From assembly GCF_000004825.1 (NCBI RefSeq), contig NW_008805078.1, positions 336,069 through 400,068 of the forward strand: 64,000 bases of DNA, in the 5' to 3' direction. Both the position numbers and the translations under genes were made by a program. Source of the stretch: Heterostelium pallidum. Its lineage: Eukaryota. Each line of letters begins with the position of its first letter. Position 1 is the stretch's first letter. The notes below the pieces were generated by a model. That model had not been told where the DNA came from. It was given only the letters and a program-made list of their open reading frames with translations, and made no database searches. This document shows positions 59,443 through 64,000 of this stretch, in pieces.

Positions 59443-62400
59443 TTATTGTTCGTTTATGTCAATTGATACGGATGATGAACTGCTATCACTATTATCGCTA
59501 CTATTATTATCATTATTTTTGTTTGTGTTGTTAGGTTCATTTATATTTATAACTGTGTTGTTGTTGATGTTTGTTTCCTCTTCCTGTTCTTTAAGGTTGT
59601 TGTTGTCCATGTTTGGCTGGACATTACTCCCTGATTCAAACTGTTTATCATTAAAAGCGGTTTGAAATTCTTCAGTTGTATTCTCTTTGATTTCCTCTTC
59701 CTCCTCCTGTTCAGGACCGTTTCCAAAATTGGGTGTATCAAATTCGTTATCATTGTCTTCAAAGAAAGTATTCTCTATTTTTTCTATTTCTTCACCTTCG
59801 ATCGATGATCTGAGTCTGTTGAATTTCGATGATGGTGGTGGAGGAGGTGGTGGTATGGGATGGTTGTTCGTCGCTATGTTACCACCCTCTGCATCTGCCA
59901 TACTCAACGCAATTGCCATTTGTAATTCAGTATCGTAAGATTGATTCAAATGGTATTCATTCTGATTGAATGTTCTATTATTTCTATTGTTTTGATTTGT
60001 CTGTTGTTGTTGGTGTGAACCTCTATTGTTATGAGTATGATGATTATTATTATAGTTGCCGGGAGGTGGAGGAGGTGGTTGTGGAGCATTCAATGCCATC
60101 GCTGGATGTTGTTCAGCAATTGGAATTGCACCTTGATCCGACTGGTCAAGTCCGGCATCCAAGATAATGGAGAGACTGGTATTGTACTGACAAAGGACAC
60201 CCATCTTCTTCCAACCAAAGTCCTTCTTTCCGTATTCCACAACGAAATCAAATGTTGGATTACCATGCTTCATAATATTGTTGACTGTCTTTATGAGTAC
60301 TTTCTTTTTGTAGAAGCAATCCAGAGCCAGCTGTACCAATGGCAATCTTGAAGGTGATGTTCGAGCGTTGTTGGTTGACCTCTTCGATCTTGAGGAATTG
60401 TGGACACAGTGAAATTGGATAGCCAGTGAACATGAGAGCGGCACGAACCTTGGTTTTTCCAATGGCGTTTTCAATGGTCTTCCAAATCTCATCGCCAACC
60501 AACGACAAAGCGGAATCGGCAATAACAAAGTTTGGATCTTTCTGTCCTTCAAAGGTAAAGATGATTCCACCGTCCTCTGGGACATCGACAAACACACCGG
60601 TAAGCGCAACCTTTGGGGTGGCATCGGCAATCACTGGCTCACCCCAATTGTTTCTAATGATACGATAACTCATAAAGATGAGGAATCCAGTGAGCAGACC
60701 GGATGGAATAAAGATATAGTATATCTTAGTGACGATTGGAATGATGATTGGCCAGCAAGTCCAGATCAAGAAGAGTGGGAACATGAGGAATTCACCGATG
60801 AAGCAGGCACGACGCAGACGATAACATACATAGGTTGGTTTGGCAAGGAGCATCTTGTAGAATCCCCAGAATCTACCGACAAACACCTTCTTCAACAACC
60901 AATAGTATGCCTTCCACGGTGAGAACAATGGGAAGAATTTCTTTCCTACCAAGAAAGTTACGTTCCAACACACGATCATAACGAGCACCCAGAATGCCTG
61001 TGCAAACCAGATTCCAACAGAGAATTGCTTGGTGTTGTCGTGCCAGAACGCACGATTCGAGAAGAAAGCATGCCAGTAGTCGGCGAAGCCAAGATTCTTT
61101 ACGTTGTAGGCACCAAGAGAAATGATGATTGGCAGCATCAAGAGGATACCTTGCATGAATAGGAAGACGGGGAAGAACAATGCCTGTAGGATAACAGTGA
61201 TATACTCGAGAATAACCATTGGACCTTGAGCTTTTCCAAGCTGTGTCCAATTGGCATTGATACGCTTCTGGTTCCACAATGGCGAACCAAGAGTAACCAA
61301 AAACATATAGACACTATTGATTCCTACCATTGCAATACCCAATTCATTTGGAACACTAATTAATGCACCTACAATATTGAAGACAGCAAACTTATCAAAC
61401 TCCCAATAGTCAAGGAATGAAATAGAACATTCTAGAGTATCAAAATAAAAAAAGGATTAATATATATGCTTATAAATATTAATATTAATATTAATTAAAA
61501 AGTAAAACTTACCATGTAACCAAATTAAAATAAGATTCAAGAATGAATTGGTTGGTGTCTTTGTTCTCTTTGAGAGGTAAAGGTGTAGTGGGAAGAATAC
61601 TAAACCTACTGCTTTGATTGGTGCAAATACAAGGTGAGGTAGATCTCTAAGTGATTCCATAAAGTAGAATGAAAGATATGGACGAATGTCGTGGATTTCA
61701 AACTTTTCCTTTGATGCAGATTTCTCTTTCATGATTGCTTGCCAGCAGAGTTTAACTCTTGTAATACAAATTAAGATGACCAATGCTTGCATGAATCCCA
61801 ACATATCCAATAGAATAAAGATCAAAGTCATACCGGATGCTTCTATCACTGCTTGAGTCTCTTTCCACTTGCTGCTTCTGACTTCTCTCTTCAATTCAGC
61901 TTTCAATACCTTTATGAATGTTGGTATTCTCCAAACAGTAACTAATATCACCAACACTAAATTATATTAAAATAATTAACTTGATATTAGTATAGCAGTA
62001 ATATAATATAGTTATGAATATGTACTTACTGAATATAAATGATATAATATCAATAAACATAATACCAAAGTATCTGAGTGCCATTAATCTTGACTCTCCG
62101 TCGGTCTTACAATCTTTGATGACAGCTCTAACGAGATAGATACCTCTCCATGGGAATATCATTGTGAAGAGTCCGAGAATTACGAATGGTATATCGATGA
62201 TGAGATTTTGGAAAACGATCGCTACTTCTCTGTGTTCGTTGTCGCCACGTTTGTACTCACGAATCACTTTGATAAACGATGGTATTCTCCAGAGGGTGAT
62301 AAAGATGATGAGTGTTGGTACGATACAGAGTATGTCAAAGAGAACATAGAGTAGATAACGTAGAATCAACAGACGACGTTGTGCGTATTTACGTGCTGGA

Positions 62401-64000
62401 TCATCGATTTCTCTCAGACGACTGATCAATATAGGTAGACGCCACATTGTGAGTAACAATAGTACTGGGAATGGAATATCGATGATCAACAAGAAGAATT
62501 GTTTACCAACAATCTGATGCCACGATTGATTCGTAGTCGAGGAAACAGTGGCTGCAGGTGCTGGATTGTCTTCATCGTCTGCATTACCATTAGCATTGCT
62601 TGTATCCATATTCACAGAGGTGTTGTTGTTGCTGTTGCTGTTGTTGTTTGAACCTTCGTTGTAACTAAAGATTTTAGCTGCTTTGAGATGTCGAATGGTT
62701 GTCGGTGCTCGATAGACTGTCAGCATCAATATTAGGAATGCAATTGCTGTTGGGATATCGAGTAGCAAGAACACGAATTGTTTCATAATGTATCTTCGCT
62801 GTACCCATCGCGATACACCCGTTGGGAATCCACGCACAAAGAAGTACGCTCTCCAACCTGTTCCCAAGATGATGAACGAACACAGGATGAATGGAGTATC
62901 GATCAGGTCGACAAACAACCAACCGAAATGGTGGAGAATACAACGACGACGTTGATGATTCTTGGTTGCGGCATTGCAGTCGCGAATCATAAAGGGTGCA
63001 CGCCAAACCAGTATGGTGACGAGTGCTGCCATCGCTCCGTATGGAATGTCACGCATCAACTTGAGCCATTGCACCCAGATGATGTATCGATAGGACTTGT
63101 TGTTGGTTGGTGACTTGAGCTTTCTGTAGATTCTTGGCAGACGATAGACAGTTGGAATCAAAAACAACATAAATAAAACCATTACAATATCGACAAAGAT
63201 GTACCAGATCTGCTTGAGAACCTCGAATCTACGATCGCCAGCACGGATATTCGGTGCGCGCAACTTCTTGATGGTGATATACAGACGATAGATTGTTCCA
63301 ACAATGAAGATTGTGAACAAAACAAACATCAGGAGATCCAACAGCGCCCAGAGAACTTGTCTGATAATCTTTATTGTCGAGCCATCCCACGTTCTGGCGG
63401 CAGAGGCTTCACGATAGGCATAGACAACTCTGTATGGCACCAAAACAAGGAAGATCGAGCAAAACATGACGAAAACATCCCAAAACAATTTGATAAACTC
63501 CCAGATCACCAAGACACGCAGTTCAAAGCTGAATACAATCGAACGTTCCTTGCGGTGTCTCTTCAGTGAGATGAATCGCCAGTGGAACAGTGTGACGACC
63601 AACAGCATCGGGAGACACAGCAGATCTGGGAAGATCAGCAGCATGTGCTTGTAGAGTTGCTTACGTACAGTGTCTTGTTTGGAGTATCTGCCAGTGGGTT
63701 GCTGTGAGTCTGAAAACGTTGAGTACAAAAGGAATGGAATACGAACGACGGTTCCAATCGAGAGGATCAGCGCAAAGAGTGCTCCGAGATCGGCAAACGC
63801 TTGGCCAACCTGCTTGAAATAGTCGCCAAACTTGATTTTAATCGATGGAAACTTGTAGGTTGTGAAAAAGAATCCGACGGCATTCACCGCTAGCATTCCG
63901 AGTGCTATTACATATGGCACATAGGTCTTGTGGTCTGGAATAGCCTTGCTAATGAGCCATCCATACAAAAAAGACAACCCAAGAAAAGCACAAGGGAAAA
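59443..64000 (-). CDS. Large polytopic membrane protein built from repeated TM-hairpin modules, with a UIM-containing cytosolic C-terminus. It runs off the 3' window edge on the + axis.
   Basis: Exon A is 62030->64000 and its frame stays open to the window end. Exon B is 61513-61956 and exon C is 59443-61431, joined by GTAAGT..TAG introns. More than 12 copies of a ~45-residue unit (...IDIPFxILxLxTxWRxPxxIRxLK...) occur. A probable +1 frame change lies in an A5 run near 60300-60312. The C-terminal part carries a UIM-like ELQMAIALSMADAEG, poly-Pro, and a Ser/Asn/Asp-rich end. Confidence 0.55.

Overview
This window is eukaryotic nuclear DNA. The composition, codon usage and intron structure look like Dictyostelium discoideum or a close dictyostelid, not a prokaryote. 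Coding segments are about 65-70% AT and are separated by spacers above 85% AT with long A/T homopolymers. Coding (CAA)n, (AAT)n and (GAT)n runs give poly-Q, poly-N and poly-D tracts. Most genes carry short introns of about 65-260 nt with GTAAGT/GTATGT donors and (T)nAG acceptors. The supplied ORF track uses bacterial rules, so it splits most genes into exon-sized ORFs, reads through introns, and invents TTG/GTG starts. I therefore re-spliced the genes by hand. I can support about 30 protein-coding genes on both strands. They include deoxyhypusine synthase, phosphatidylserine decarboxylase, cysteine desulfurase NFS1, Mediator MED6, EMC4, a MoaD/MOCS2A-like small subunit, a COBW/ZNG1-type GTPase, a Cid1/Trf4-like non-canonical poly(A) polymerase, a FNIP-repeat protein, a CUE-domain protein, an FAD monooxygenase, a CBS-domain protein, and a C-type-lectin + IPT/TIG + EGF transmembrane protein. 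There is also a truncated major-vault-protein paralogue, tandem and dispersed gene duplications, and a large unclassified repeat-built membrane protein that runs off the 3' window edge. I found no rRNA, convincing tRNA, CRISPR array or intact transposon ORF. Most worth checking: the truncated MVP paralogue, the large unclassified membrane protein, four places where one gene changes frame inside a coding homopolymer, dispersed repeats around a GTPase gene, and a 3.9-kb ORF-free stretch.
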